Under the pieces are notes generated by a model. It did no database searches. It saw only the letters and a program-made list of their open reading frames with translations, and was not told the DNA's origin. The translations under genes were made by a program, and so were the position numbers. From contig PCXB01000037.1 in NCBI GenBank assembly GCA_002787535.1, positions 3,814 to 67,813 of the forward strand: a stretch of 64,000 nucleotides of DNA, read 5' to 3'. Below, one piece after another: positions 10,251-19,902 of the stretch; position 1 is the stretch's first letter, and every line of letters starts with the position of its first letter. This stretch comes from Deltaproteobacteria bacterium CG11_big_fil_rev_8_21_14_0_20_45_16 (GTDB lineage: Bacteria; Bdellovibrionota; UBA2394).

Positions 10251-11753
10251 TTACCTCATCCCATTCGGCATCAAATTGAAAATAGCCGAGGTCGTTTCAT
10301 GTATCGGCGCTATGATCCATTTTGGATAGAGACCAATTACAAACACCAAGACAACAAGTGGTGTGTACAATAGATACTCTTTCCAACCAATATCCTTCAT
10401 AAAACTATTGTCCTCCGCGGGCTTCCCAAAACAGAGCTTCTGAACAAGATGCAAAGTATATATCGCACTCAAAATGACGCCCGTACTTGCCAGAACAACC
10501 CACAGCTTCGAAACGACCTCTGATTGAAAACTTCCAAGCAAGATCATAAACTCACCGATAAAACCGTTCGTTCCAGGCAACCCGACGCTGCTTAAGGACA
10601 TGATGATGAAAATAAGACTGAATCGGGGAAGTTGTTTGGCCAAGCCCCCGAACCTCTCAATATCTCGACTGTGTTTTTGGTCATATATAAAACCGATAAG
10701 GAGAAAGAGTGCGCCAGTCGTAATTCCATGATTGATCATTTGCAAAAAAGCGCCGTTCCAGCTTGTCTCGGTAAGAGCAAAGATTCCTAAGGTTACAAAG
10801 CCCAAATGACTAACCGAGCTATACGCAATGAGTTTCTTGATATCGCTTTGTCTCCAAGCAACGACGGCGCCTAAGATAATTCCAACGACTGAGAGCACGC
10901 TCAAAGGAGTCGCAAATGAAGCCGCCGCGGCTGGAAACATGGGGATTGCAAATCGCATCAATCCATAAGTTCCCATTTTCAACAAAACGCCGGCCAAAAT
11001 CACGCTGCCCGCGGTTGGCGCCTCCACATGAGCATCTGGCAACCAAGTATGAAAAGGAAATAGAGGAACCTTAATAGCAAAAGACACTACAAAACTCATA
11101 AATATTAATTGTTCGATATAAAACGGCAGTGGATGAGACTGAAAATGCTCTCGTAAAACTTCAAACGACGCCGTCCAAACTCCTGTTTGCTGGTAAAAGA
11201 ACACATAGAGACAAATCAGACCGATCAACATCAGAATCGAACCGCTAAATGTAAAAAGAAAAAATTTCATCGTGGCGTACAGCCGCCTTGGCCCACCCCA
11301 AACGCCGATAATAAAATACATCGGAATAAGCATGGCCTCCCAAAAGACATAAAAGAAAACCAAATCTTCCGACAACAAACAGGCCACGACCGTCGCCTGA
11401 AGAAGGTGAAACAAAGAATGATAGGCCTTCTGCTTGGCTTCAACGACTTTCCACGAATAGAGCAAACACAGAATAGTCAAAAAAGAAGATAGTAAGATAA
11501 GCAAATAGCTATAAGAATCGAGATAAAGACTGTATTTTAATCCAAGTGGTTCATACCAGTCCGCCGAAAAGCTAAGGTTCCAAGAATTCCATCCCATCAA
11601 AACTACTAGAAAATACAATCCAGCAATAGCCATAGAGACGGCATTCACAACTCTAGTTCCTAAAACAGGAATCAGTAGAGCCGAAACGAAGGGAATCAAT
11701 AAAAGCAGCAAAAGATAATTAGACGTCAACATGAAACCTACCTCACCGACCAA
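10251..11753 (-). CDS. nuoM: NADH-quinone oxidoreductase subunit M
   Basis: 500 aa. FHTWLPDAHVEAPTAGSVILAGVLLKMGTYG matches the NuoM/ND4 signature. Confidence 0.85.
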   Translation of the reverse strand: MVGEVGFMLTSNYLLLLLLIPFVSALLIPVLGTRVVNAVSMAIAGLYFLVVLMGWNSWNLSFSADWYEPLGLKYSLYLDSYSYLLILLSSFLTILCLLYSWKVVEAKQKAYHSLFHLLQATVVACLLSEDLVFFYVFWEAMLIPMYFIIGVWGGPRRLYATMKFFLFTFSGSILMLIGLICLYVFFYQQTGVWTASFEVLREHFQSHPLPFYIEQLIFMSFVVSFAIKVPLFPFHTWLPDAHVEAPTAGSVILAGVLLKMGTYGLMRFAIPMFPAAAASFATPLSVLSVVGIILGAVVAWRQSDIKKLIAYSSVSHLGFVTLGIFALTETSWNGAFLQMINHGITTGALFLLIGFIYDQKHSRDIERFGGLAKQLPRFSLIFIIMSLSSVGLPGTNGFIGEFMILLGSFQSEVVSKLWVVLASTGVILSAIYTLHLVQKLCFGKPAEDNSFMKDIGWKEYLLYTPLVVLVFVIGLYPKWIIAPIHETTSAIFNLMPNGMR

Positions 11754-13627
11754 GCACTAATCATAAGAATTAAGACGCCTAGCCAAATCCATAGTGCGTA
11801 GCCCTGCAACAGACCGTTTTGTAGGCGACGGAAGCGCTCTGAAGTTTTTTTAGCTTGATAGGCCAATCCATTTAGCGTGCCATCGAGAATACCTTGATCC
11901 ACAACTTTCCAAAGAAATTCGCCGGATCGTTTTAAGTTCCGAACAATCACAGCATCATAAAATTCATCGATATAATATTTATTTTTAAACAGATTAAAGG
12001 CCGGAGAGCGAAAATCTTGGGTTTGATAATCACGATACTTCCACCACGCCAGTCCCAAAGCACCAAGGCCCATCAAACTTGAAAAGCCCGCAAGTTTAAG
12101 TGAGTCCTCAAGAGCATCGGCACCATGACCCACGTCCATCTGTGTAACCACTTGACCCAAGTAGTGTTCTAGCCATGCATTGCCACCCCATAATTCAGGC
12201 CAATTCAACAGACCGCCAAAGGCAGACAGCGCAGCCAAAACACACAGGACCGCCGTCATACTCCAAGGCGACTCATGAGCCTCACGATGGCCACGAGATT
12301 TACCAAAAAAAGTCATGATCCATAGGCGTCCCATATAAAAAGCAGTCATAAACGCGGTGACGAAAGCAATGTTCGACAACAGGCCACGATGCGAACCCGA
12401 GACTATATGTAAAATTTCATCTTTTGAGAAAAATCCTGCAAATGGTGGAGTTCCAGCAATCGCTAAAACACCAATAGTCATGGTCCAAAAAGTAATCGGC
12501 ATCTGCTTTCGAAGCCCGCCCATCTTGCGCATATCCTGCTCATGATGAAGGCCGTGAATAACCGATCCCGCTCCTAAGAATAGGAGGGCTTTAAAAAAGG
12601 CGTGGGTCATCAAATGAAAATAAGCCGCAACCGGGGCTGCGAGTCCGACTGCCAAAAACATATAACCAAGCTGCGAGATCGTCGAGTATGCCAAAACTTT
12701 TTTGATATCATTTTGAAAAATAGCAATGCTGGCAGCAAATAAGGCGGTCAGACCTCCGATGTACGCTATCAATTCCATTACACCTGGGTTCAAGAAAAAC
12801 AATGGCTGCAAGCGACAGCATAAATAGACACCGGCCGTAACCATTGTCGCTGCGTGAATCAATGCTGATACAGGTGTCGGCCCCGCCATGGCATCGGGCA
12901 GCCACACATAAAGAGGAATTTGGGCGCTCTTTCCCGCGGCGCCCAAGACAAGCCCGAGACAGGCCCACTGTGTCCAGCCTACCTGAACGATGTCGAGGTT
13001 TCCCGAATTAACGATCGCCAAAACCTCTGGAATACTTAAAGTCCCAAAAGCCTTAAAAATACAAAACATGGCCACCAAAAATCCAAAATCTCCGACTCGA
13101 TTCACAATGAAGGCTTTTTTCCCCGCCGTCGCATTGGCTTCATCCGAAAACCAAAAGCTAATCAATAGATAGGAGCATAGACCAACACCTTCCCACCCCA
13201 TAAAAATTCCAGGCATCGAGTCGGACCAGATCAACATCAACATCGCAAAAATAAAAAGATTCAGGTACGAAAAAAATCTACCGAAGCCTTCATCTCCATG
13301 CATATAGCCGGTCGCATAAAGATGAATGAGACTTCCCACTCCAGTTACAATTAATCCCAGGGCTAACGATAGTGGGTCTAATAAAAATGAAAAGTTCACG
13401 AGTTCACTGGATCCCATCCAAATCCAAGAAAAAAACTCTACTCTTGCTGACGATTCAATTTGCCAAAACAAAGTTAGACAGCAGATAAAACTGATCACCA
13501 GGGTTCCCGTTGCAGCAAGGCCGGTAATCTTCTCTCCGATCTTATTCTTAGCCCAAAACCAAATGCAGCTTCCAAGCAAAGGCAGAATGACCGCAACACC
13601 CGATAAAATTTTCAAAGACGCGTCCAT
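11738..13627 (-). CDS. nuoL: NADH-quinone oxidoreductase subunit L
   Basis: 629 aa. LYVWLPDAMAGPTPVSALIHAATMVTAGVY matches the NuoL/ND5 signature. A long C-terminal helix extension is present. Confidence 0.85.
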   Translation of the reverse strand: MDASLKILSGVAVILPLLGSCIWFWAKNKIGEKITGLAATGTLVISFICCLTLFWQIESSARVEFFSWIWMGSSELVNFSFLLDPLSLALGLIVTGVGSLIHLYATGYMHGDEGFGRFFSYLNLFIFAMLMLIWSDSMPGIFMGWEGVGLCSYLLISFWFSDEANATAGKKAFIVNRVGDFGFLVAMFCIFKAFGTLSIPEVLAIVNSGNLDIVQVGWTQWACLGLVLGAAGKSAQIPLYVWLPDAMAGPTPVSALIHAATMVTAGVYLCCRLQPLFFLNPGVMELIAYIGGLTALFAASIAIFQNDIKKVLAYSTISQLGYMFLAVGLAAPVAAYFHLMTHAFFKALLFLGAGSVIHGLHHEQDMRKMGGLRKQMPITFWTMTIGVLAIAGTPPFAGFFSKDEILHIVSGSHRGLLSNIAFVTAFMTAFYMGRLWIMTFFGKSRGHREAHESPWSMTAVLCVLAALSAFGGLLNWPELWGGNAWLEHYLGQVVTQMDVGHGADALEDSLKLAGFSSLMGLGALGLAWWKYRDYQTQDFRSPAFNLFKNKYYIDEFYDAVIVRNLKRSGEFLWKVVDQGILDGTLNGLAYQAKKTSERFRRLQNGLLQGYALWIWLGVLILMISAWSVR

Positions 13628-13639
13628 TAAAACCCACTC

Positions 13640-13951
13640 CTAACCACGAAGAGCATTCGCTTCTTGAATGCGAATATTCTTCTTCAAGCGAAAAAGATTC
13701 AATACGATGGCCAAGCCCACAGCTGTTTCACAAGCTGCCACGGTAATGACAAAAAAATACAAAACGGTTCCTGATTCATTGTTATGAAGTCGCGAGAAAG
13801 AAACGAAAGCAATATTCACGGCATTCAGCATAAGCTCCAAGCAAATCAGCAGGGATATCGCATTCTTTCGAATCAAAAAGCCCCCGGCTCCAATACTAAA
13901 AATGGCAAAACTAACAAACAACAACTGGGCGATTGAAACATCCACCATCAC
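13640..13951 (-). CDS. nuoK: NADH-quinone oxidoreductase subunit K
   Basis: 103 aa with three TM helices. ACETAVGLAIV matches the NuoK/ND4L motif. Confidence 0.85.
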   Translation of the reverse strand: MMVDVSIAQLLFVSFAIFSIGAGGFLIRKNAISLLICLELMLNAVNIAFVSFSRLHNNESGTVLYFFVITVAACETAVGLAIVLNLFRLKKNIRIQEANALRG

Positions 13952-14493
13952 TAGGCCGCCTCGCTTTTGTTTTCTATATTGCTGTGATCCCTGGTAGATG
14001 GACGTCGATAGGCCAACAAGCCAACGCCGATCAAAGCCAATAAGAGAAGAAAGCCTGCGACTTCAAAACTCCATGAATAGTTTTGAATCATCGTCCTCGA
14101 AAAGGCTTCAATGCTTCCGAACGATGATCCTGGAGCGGGCATTTTTTCTAGCAAGCTGGGTGTCGAGATATGAAGACAAAACAGCACCGCACCCAATGAA
14201 CATAAAAACAGTACCGTGCTTGTCCAGCGAATCGATTCTCCTCCACTAATCTCCTGTGGATTCAGATTCAAAAGCAAAATGACAAACGTGATCAGAACGA
14301 CAATGGCTCCGGCATATACCAAAAGTTGAACAACGGCGACAAAGTCAGCCCCTATAAATACGTAAAGGGTCGAGGTCAGAAAGAAATGGAGAATCAACCA
14401 CAACGCACTCTCGATAGGCTTGGGTCGAAAAGCCACTAAACCAGCGCTCAGCAACATCAACCCGGCGACAAGGTAAAAAGCAAATTCCATCAT
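13951..14493 (-). CDS. nuoJ: NADH-quinone oxidoreductase subunit J
   Basis: 180-aa membrane protein in the NuoJ position, with ND6-like helices. Overlaps nuoH by 4 nt. Confidence 0.8.
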   Translation of the reverse strand: MMEFAFYLVAGLMLLSAGLVAFRPKPIESALWLILHFFLTSTLYVFIGADFVAVVQLLVYAGAIVVLITFVILLLNLNPQEISGGESIRWTSTVLFLCSLGAVLFCLHISTPSLLEKMPAPGSSFGSIEAFSRTMIQNYSWSFEVAGFLLLLALIGVGLLAYRRPSTRDHSNIENKSEAA

Positions 14494-15545
14494 GCAAACA
14501 CCATAAATCCAGCGATGATTAGGATATTAAAAATCGCGATCGGCAAAAGCGTTTTCCAACCTAAGCCCATTAGTTGATCATAGCGAAACCGCGGAAGCGT
14601 CCAACGAACCCAAACAAACAAAAACAAAAAGAAAGCTACCTTTGCCGCAAACCAGCTTACCGCTATCAAAGTCCCAATCATGCTGTTTTGAATATCAATA
14701 CCGATATCCGCCCAATTCAAACCTGGCAGAAGATTCCAGCCCCCGAAAAACAGCAGAACTGCTATGGCGGAAACGGTAGTCATAATAGAATACTCCGACA
14801 AAAAGAATAGCCCAAATTTAATACCCGAATACTCCGTATGATAACCAACGACTAACTCTGCTTCGGCTTCTGGTAAATCAAAAGGAGTTCGATTCGTTTC
14901 GGCATAAATCGCCGGTAAAAAAACCAAGAAGGCTAAAAAACCAGGAAAAATATGCCACAGACCCGCTTGAGATTCTACAATTCTCATAAGGTCCACACTT
15001 CCACTGAGCATAATAATGGAAACAATCGCCAAGCCCGCGGCTAACTCGTAACTGATCATTTGCGCGGAGGCGCGAAGCGCACCCATCACACTAAATTTGT
15101 TATTGCTCGCCCATCCAGCCAAGGCCACGCCATAGACGCTAAGTGACGTAACGGTCATAACAAAAATTAGGCCGACATTGAGATTGGCGATTTGAAGTCT
15201 TTGAGGCGTCTCAAACATTCCACCGAGTGTCGTGGGAGGACCAAAAGGGATTACGGCAAAAGACAGCGCCGCGGGTACAACAGCCAAAATAGGAGCCAAC
15301 AGATAGTATGGCTTTCGCACACCCTGAGGAATAAGGGGTTCCTTTAGGATAAGCTTGATACCATCAGCCAATGATTGCAAAAGTCCAAAGGGGCCGACTC
15401 GATTAGGTCCGTAACGGTCTTGCACAAGGCCAGCGACTCGCCGCTCGACCCAAATCATAATGGGCGCGACCGCTCCAAAAACCACGCTGAAAAAAAGTAC
15501 AATCTTGCCTAACAAGAAAAGCCAAAGAATAGTTGTGTCTTCCAT
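14490..15545 (-). CDS. nuoH: NADH-quinone oxidoreductase subunit H
   Basis: 351 aa. VQDRYGPNRVGPFGLLQ and RYDQLMGLGWK are NuoH/ND1 hallmarks. Confidence 0.85.
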   Translation of the reverse strand: MEDTTILWLFLLGKIVLFFSVVFGAVAPIMIWVERRVAGLVQDRYGPNRVGPFGLLQSLADGIKLILKEPLIPQGVRKPYYLLAPILAVVPAALSFAVIPFGPPTTLGGMFETPQRLQIANLNVGLIFVMTVTSLSVYGVALAGWASNNKFSVMGALRASAQMISYELAAGLAIVSIIMLSGSVDLMRIVESQAGLWHIFPGFLAFLVFLPAIYAETNRTPFDLPEAEAELVVGYHTEYSGIKFGLFFLSEYSIMTTVSAIAVLLFFGGWNLLPGLNWADIGIDIQNSMIGTLIAVSWFAAKVAFFLFLFVWVRWTLPRFRYDQLMGLGWKTLLPIAIFNILIIAGFMVFA

Positions 15546-15548
15546 GAA

Positions 15549-15926
15549 TCATTGATTCCAATCTAATAAGCCTTTTCGCCATTCGTAGATCAAACCAAGA
15601 GTCAATACGAATAGAAAGAGCCCACCAATAAAGAAAATAAAAATACCTTCGCCACTTTGGAGATAATTCTGAAACTCGATAGCCCAAGGAACTAAGAAAA
15701 TGGTTTCAATATCAAACAAAATAAAAGAAACGGCGACGAGGTAGAATTTGACGCTAAATCGCGTATTATCCGCTCCTTCGCTAGGAATTCCACACTCATA
15801 GGGGGAGTCTTTTCTGGGATAGTAACGTCGCGATCCAAGTATTTCTGAGGCTAAAATAGCCCCTACACCTGTTAAAACGCCTAAAATTAAGAGTATCAAC
15901 ACACCCGAGTAGTCAAAAATCTGCAC
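15549..15926 (-). CDS. nuoA: NADH-quinone oxidoreductase subunit A
   Basis: 125 aa. YECG motif and an ND3-like fold. Sits 3 nt upstream of nuoH with no nuoB-G between them. Confidence 0.8.
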   Translation of the reverse strand: MQIFDYSGVLILLILGVLTGVGAILASEILGSRRYYPRKDSPYECGIPSEGADNTRFSVKFYLVAVSFILFDIETIFLVPWAIEFQNYLQSGEGIFIFFIGGLFLFVLTLGLIYEWRKGLLDWNQ

Positions 15927-16145
15927 CGGCGCAGTCTAACGAAGCCAAGTAAGCAGCGTCAATCGGCCTCTTTTTTCACTTTATGACACCCCAGGGCAGA
16001 AACATCTTGACCCACCGAATCATGGAATCTGTAATATAGGAAGAGGATTGAGATTTGTTCAGTTTCGATGTTTGGAGACAAGCGAAGTTACTCAAGAATC
16101 TCGAAATGCGCGATGCGCAATATGTAAATTGAAGGGGGAATCAAC

Positions 16146-16694
16146 GTGGCTGAAAATATAAGAATCATTAAGAAGTATCAGAACCGAAAGCTCTACGATA
16201 CTCAAGACAGCTGTTATGTCACCCTTGATGGAATCGCAAAGATGATTCGTGATAGCGAAGAGATTGCTGTTGTCGACAATAACAGCAAAGAGGACGTGAC
16301 AGCTTTGATTCTTACTCAAGTTCTCTACGAACAAGAAAAAAACAATCAAAGTGTTTTGCCGGTAAGCATTCTTAAGCACATTATTCGATCAGGAAGTAAC
16401 AACCTTTTTGAATTTATGCAGAAGTATATTTTTGGCGCAATGGATGCCCACATGAAAGTTCAGCAAGATCTTAGACTGCATGTTGAAAGACTCGCTAAGA
16501 AGGGCGACCTATCGACTGATGAAGGAACCAATTTACTTCGACAGATTGATCGCCTTGCTGAGACCTATACCACCAGCTTGGATCGCAAAATTGAGGAGAG
16601 ATTGGCGCAAAAACTCACAACAGCAGCTACGACAACAACGGCTACTGTTACGCCAACACCTGCGACAGCTGATCCACAGGCGACAGTCAACTAA
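16146..16694 (+). CDS. phaR: Polyhydroxyalkanoate synthesis repressor PhaR
   Basis: IKKYQNRKLYDT N-terminal DNA-binding signature of PhaR. GTG start with a GGGGGAA RBS. Thr/Ala-rich C-terminal tail. Confidence 0.8.
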   Translation: MAENIRIIKKYQNRKLYDTQDSCYVTLDGIAKMIRDSEEIAVVDNNSKEDVTALILTQVLYEQEKNNQSVLPVSILKHIIRSGSNNLFEFMQKYIFGAMDAHMKVQQDLRLHVERLAKKGDLSTDEGTNLLRQIDRLAETYTTSLDRKIEERLAQKLTTAATTTTATVTPTPATADPQATVN

Positions 16695-16730
16695 CACGGC
16701 ATCCAAAAATTTAGATTCCCAATTCTATTG

Positions 16731-17147
16731 TTATAGAAGATTGGCTGCAGGACTTGGTCCAGCCTCTGTGCCGTAGAGCTTGCTTTTCTTCTTTTCGCCC
16801 TCTGCCTCGGTCGCGCAATCAATGCACAATTCCGTCATAGGACGCGCTTCTAATCGGGCCAACTCAATATCTGAACCACAAGCTTCGCACTCACCGTAAG
16901 TACCCTCTTCGATTCGGCTCAAGGCTTTTTCGATTTTTCGGATCAGCTTTCGCTCGCGATCCTTAAATCGCAGATAGCGTGTACGATCCAACTCCACAAC
17001 AGCTTGATCCGTTGGGTCCGCGAAAGTTTCCCTCTCAGTACCAGAGATGTCTTTAGTCGTTTGATCTACTTCATTGAGAAGCTCACTTAAACGATCTTGA
17101 AGCATCTTTTTGAATTTCTTGAGGTTTGATTTATTCATACTTGTCAT
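16731..17147 (-). CDS. dksA: RNA polymerase-binding transcription factor DksA
   Basis: Coiled-coil region followed by a C4 zinc finger (CEACGSDIE...CIDCATEAE). Length 138 aa. Confidence 0.75.
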   Translation of the reverse strand: MTSMNKSNLKKFKKMLQDRLSELLNEVDQTTKDISGTERETFADPTDQAVVELDRTRYLRFKDRERKLIRKIEKALSRIEEGTYGECEACGSDIELARLEARPMTELCIDCATEAEGEKKKSKLYGTEAGPSPAANLL

Positions 17148-17184
17148 TTATTTCTCCTACGATCGACGGACCCGACTTGAATAA

Positions 17185-17207
17185 TTGATTTGTTGTAAGC
17201 AAATCAA
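17185..17207. promoter_or_regulatory. Perfect 8-bp inverted repeat, a candidate operator in the divergent dksA and OMP promoter region
   Basis: TTGATTTG-N7-CAAATCAA inverted repeat with a 7-nt spacer, read directly from the sequence. Confidence 0.3.
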
Positions 17208-17281
17208 ACAAAAAATGTCTCTGATCATGGATTTGTGATTTCGATTGTCTCCCGGAGCAAAACGAGTTCAAATGGCAACCA

Positions 17282-18118
17282 ATGAAAAACGTCCTTTTGA
17301 GCTCATTTGCAGGCTTCATTTACATAATGTATGTTTCATTGTTTGCACAAGAGCTCCCCAGCTCGGCCAATTGGGGAGCTGGGGGTTGGACGCGAGCTGG
17401 TGCCATTGTTGCGACTCCCTACGATTTAGACTCACTACAGTCCAACCCTGCGGGTTTAATGCGGTATCAGAAGCAGAGCTCCGTAGGCGGATCCTACAAT
17501 AAACTGCCACTAAACTTAGACGAATGGTCCGCCGGCGTTGTGGATGGCCGAACAGCAGTTATTGGAGCCTTTTCTTTTGACTGGCTTGAACGAGGAGATA
17601 TAATACGAAAAGCCTATAATATTGGCGCTGCCTACAACACAACTTACGGCGCGGCGGGATTTGCAGCGAACTTTTATAATTTCGAAGGAATGAATCGCTA
17701 CAATGGATGGCATCTCAGCCAAACAACTGGAATCCTTGTCCCAGTCGCCTACGGAATCAATATCGCCGCAGCTGCAAAATCCTTCTTGGACAATGAGCCC
17801 GATACACTTCTACCTCCTCAATTTTCAACGGGTGTTAGCTTCACCAAAGAAGGGATTTTGATATTTAGCTTTCAGGCCGACCGGCGATTTGAAATACCGA
17901 GTCAGGACTGGAACTATTCGTTCGGCGGCGATTTGCTTTTCAAGGATTTCTATGCCATTCGCGGCGGCTATCGAATCGACAACTCAAAAGAAACCGATAT
18001 TTGGTCAGTTGGTCTAGTAATGACAGCGCCGCGATTTGAAATTTTCGGATTCTACACTCAAGCTTCGGATATCGCTGACGATGACGGTTTTGGATTGTCC
18101 GCGGCATTTCTTTTCTGA
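17282..18118 (+). CDS. Putative outer-membrane beta-barrel protein
   Basis: Signal peptide, alternating hydrophobic beta-strand pattern, aromatic-rich composition and a C-terminal ...AFLF. Confidence 0.4.
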   Translation: MKNVLLSSFAGFIYIMYVSLFAQELPSSANWGAGGWTRAGAIVATPYDLDSLQSNPAGLMRYQKQSSVGGSYNKLPLNLDEWSAGVVDGRTAVIGAFSFDWLERGDIIRKAYNIGAAYNTTYGAAGFAANFYNFEGMNRYNGWHLSQTTGILVPVAYGINIAAAAKSFLDNEPDTLLPPQFSTGVSFTKEGILIFSFQADRRFEIPSQDWNYSFGGDLLFKDFYAIRGGYRIDNSKETDIWSVGLVMTAPRFEIFGFYTQASDIADDDGFGLSAAFLF

Positions 18119-19344
18119 GATTTTTTATTACGGCCCGTTAAGGATTCCATTGTCGATACGAGGATGTCCGAGAGCTCTTGATTGTTCCGAGCCTCCATGA
18201 TCCTTCCCTCGGATCGAATGTAAATCTGAACGGGATGATTGGTTTCGTTAATATCTTCCAGATTATTCCCAACAACGATCTCGCATTGATTTTTATCAGC
18301 CGCCTCCTTGATTAGTCGCGTTAGAGAAACCGAATCCCTCGCAAACTCTAATTTAAAACCAACGCGAATCGGCACGTCTTTACCCAAGTGCTGAATCAAT
18401 TTCCGCGTCGGCTTTAGCTCAAACGCCCATGAGCTCTTTGAGTTTCGCTTTCCTTCTATTTGGCTTGTCACTTCAAAATCCAAGAGTGCTGCTGCAAATA
18501 TGATTCCGTGATACTTATGCTTTTTCAAAAGTTCGCCGGCTACGGGCTCAATTTCATTTATATTTTCCACATGGCCTACTGACCATATCTCTGGGAAGTT
18601 AATGGAAACCGGACCGCTCACAATATCCGGCGTCCAACCCCATCGATAAAAATGGTCGGCAATAGCAAAGCCCGTGCGTCCAGAAGAGTAGTTTGAGATA
18701 TATCGCACATCATCCAAATACGATCGTGTGGGCCCCATCAATAACAGAAGTCGCCCTATCTTATCCTTGCGATAATGCTGATTGATAAGATGGCAAATTT
18801 CTCGAGCCGTCTCTCTAACATCTGGAACTTTTCGTTTTGACTCTTCTTCGCGCGCGCTAAGTATTTTGACAAAAGGAAGCTCCATCAAAGTCCTGAGATT
18901 TTTTTGATAAATGGGATTTTCTTCTAAACTCGAATGCATTGAGGGCTGAACGAGAACGGGTCGACGTCCCAAAACACTTTGAATCAAAGTCGCTGCTGCC
19001 GAGTCAGCTAGACCCGTTGAAATCTTAGACAGAAAATCCAGCGTACAAGGCGCTATGACAACAGCATCAGCATGCGATAGATGCTCGGCCGCACCCGACA
19101 ATTCTCCGAGCACGCCATGGCCGCTTGCCCACTCGAAACAGAGAGGGCTAACAAAGTTCGTGACCTTAGGTGTTAAGGCGACCCGAACTTCCGCGCCATA
19201 TCGCCTAAGCTCACGAACTAATTTGGGAGTCTCAAGACATGCGATACCCGCCGACACGACGAGATCAATTCGTCTGCCCTTAAGCTGCGTTCCAAGGCTC
19301 GCAACCGCTCGATCATCTAGATGTTGATTCCTATCGCTCATCAA
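18058..19344 (-). CDS. coaBC: Bifunctional phosphopantothenoylcysteine decarboxylase / phosphopantothenate-cysteine ligase
   Basis: N-terminal flavoprotein domain (RIDLVVSAGIACLETPKLVRELRRYGAEV) and a C-terminal DFP/CoaB ligase domain (GPTRSYLDDVRYISNYSSGRTG). Confidence 0.85.
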   Translation of the reverse strand: MMSDRNQHLDDRAVASLGTQLKGRRIDLVVSAGIACLETPKLVRELRRYGAEVRVALTPKVTNFVSPLCFEWASGHGVLGELSGAAEHLSHADAVVIAPCTLDFLSKISTGLADSAAATLIQSVLGRRPVLVQPSMHSSLEENPIYQKNLRTLMELPFVKILSAREEESKRKVPDVRETAREICHLINQHYRKDKIGRLLLLMGPTRSYLDDVRYISNYSSGRTGFAIADHFYRWGWTPDIVSGPVSINFPEIWSVGHVENINEIEPVAGELLKKHKYHGIIFAAALLDFEVTSQIEGKRNSKSSWAFELKPTRKLIQHLGKDVPIRVGFKLEFARDSVSLTRLIKEAADKNQCEIVVGNNLEDINETNHPVQIYIRSEGRIMEARNNQELSDILVSTMESLTGRNKKSQKRNAADNPKPSSSAISEA

Positions 19345-19389
19345 AGAATCCCGCCTATACTTCTTCTAGTCCCTTAGCCTAAGCTCGTA

Positions 19390-19902
19390 GTGGGGTCGAG
19401 TTCGCTCGACAAATCCTTATTGGCCATGGAGATGTACTTACTTTTATCCGCTATATTACTTTCTTTAGGGCTTTTTGGCCTTATTCGTAGCGCGATCTGG
19501 CTGCTTCCTGGGCTTGTTTGGAGGGACTACTGGTCACTCGCCCCAGCCATCGTCTTGAGCTTTATAACTTCTGCGGCCCTAATGGCGCCTTATCGTGGAG
19601 CGTGTTTTGACTTCCGCGATTGGGATAAAACTAAATGGATTCTACTTTTTTTTCTTAGCGGACTTTTATCGGGCAGCTTGCTTTATCCCAGTTCCATTCT
19701 GATTTTTGGCCTTGGTTCGCTTGGACCGATCATTTTTGTTCGTCTTTGCTTAATCTTTCGGCAGCCCCTTTCAAGGGTCTATGTTTTTCCAAATTTCCTG
19801 CGTTATCTTGTGATCGGATCTTTCGCTGGAGCCCTACTACTCAAGTTTCTCTGGCCCGTGAGCCAAGCGGGAGGTCATTTTACTGATGCCCCTATTTTTT
19901 AG
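19390..19902 (+). CDS. Hypothetical polytopic membrane protein
   Basis: 170 aa with about five hydrophobic helices. Overlaps the next ORF by 17 nt. Confidence 0.35.
   Translation: MGSSSLDKSLLAMEMYLLLSAILLSLGLFGLIRSAIWLLPGLVWRDYWSLAPAIVLSFITSAALMAPYRGACFDFRDWDKTKWILLFFLSGLLSGSLLYPSSILIFGLGSLGPIIFVRLCLIFRQPLSRVYVFPNFLRYLVIGSFAGALLLKFLWPVSQAGGHFTDAPIF

Noticed and set aside
70-11046. Short antisense or embedded ORFs in the six-frame track, for example 70..351, 596..802, 1683..1889, 3870..4247, 9311..9580, 10819..11046 and many similar throughout
   Set aside because: They lie entirely inside and antisense to, or out of frame with, well-supported genes. They have no motifs and low-complexity translations, and are typical spurious ORFs.
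13951-15545. A hidden or degenerate nuoI between nuoH and nuoJ
   Set aside because: nuoH and nuoJ overlap by 4 nt, and no 2x[4Fe-4S] CxxCxxCxxxCP motif appears in any frame there.
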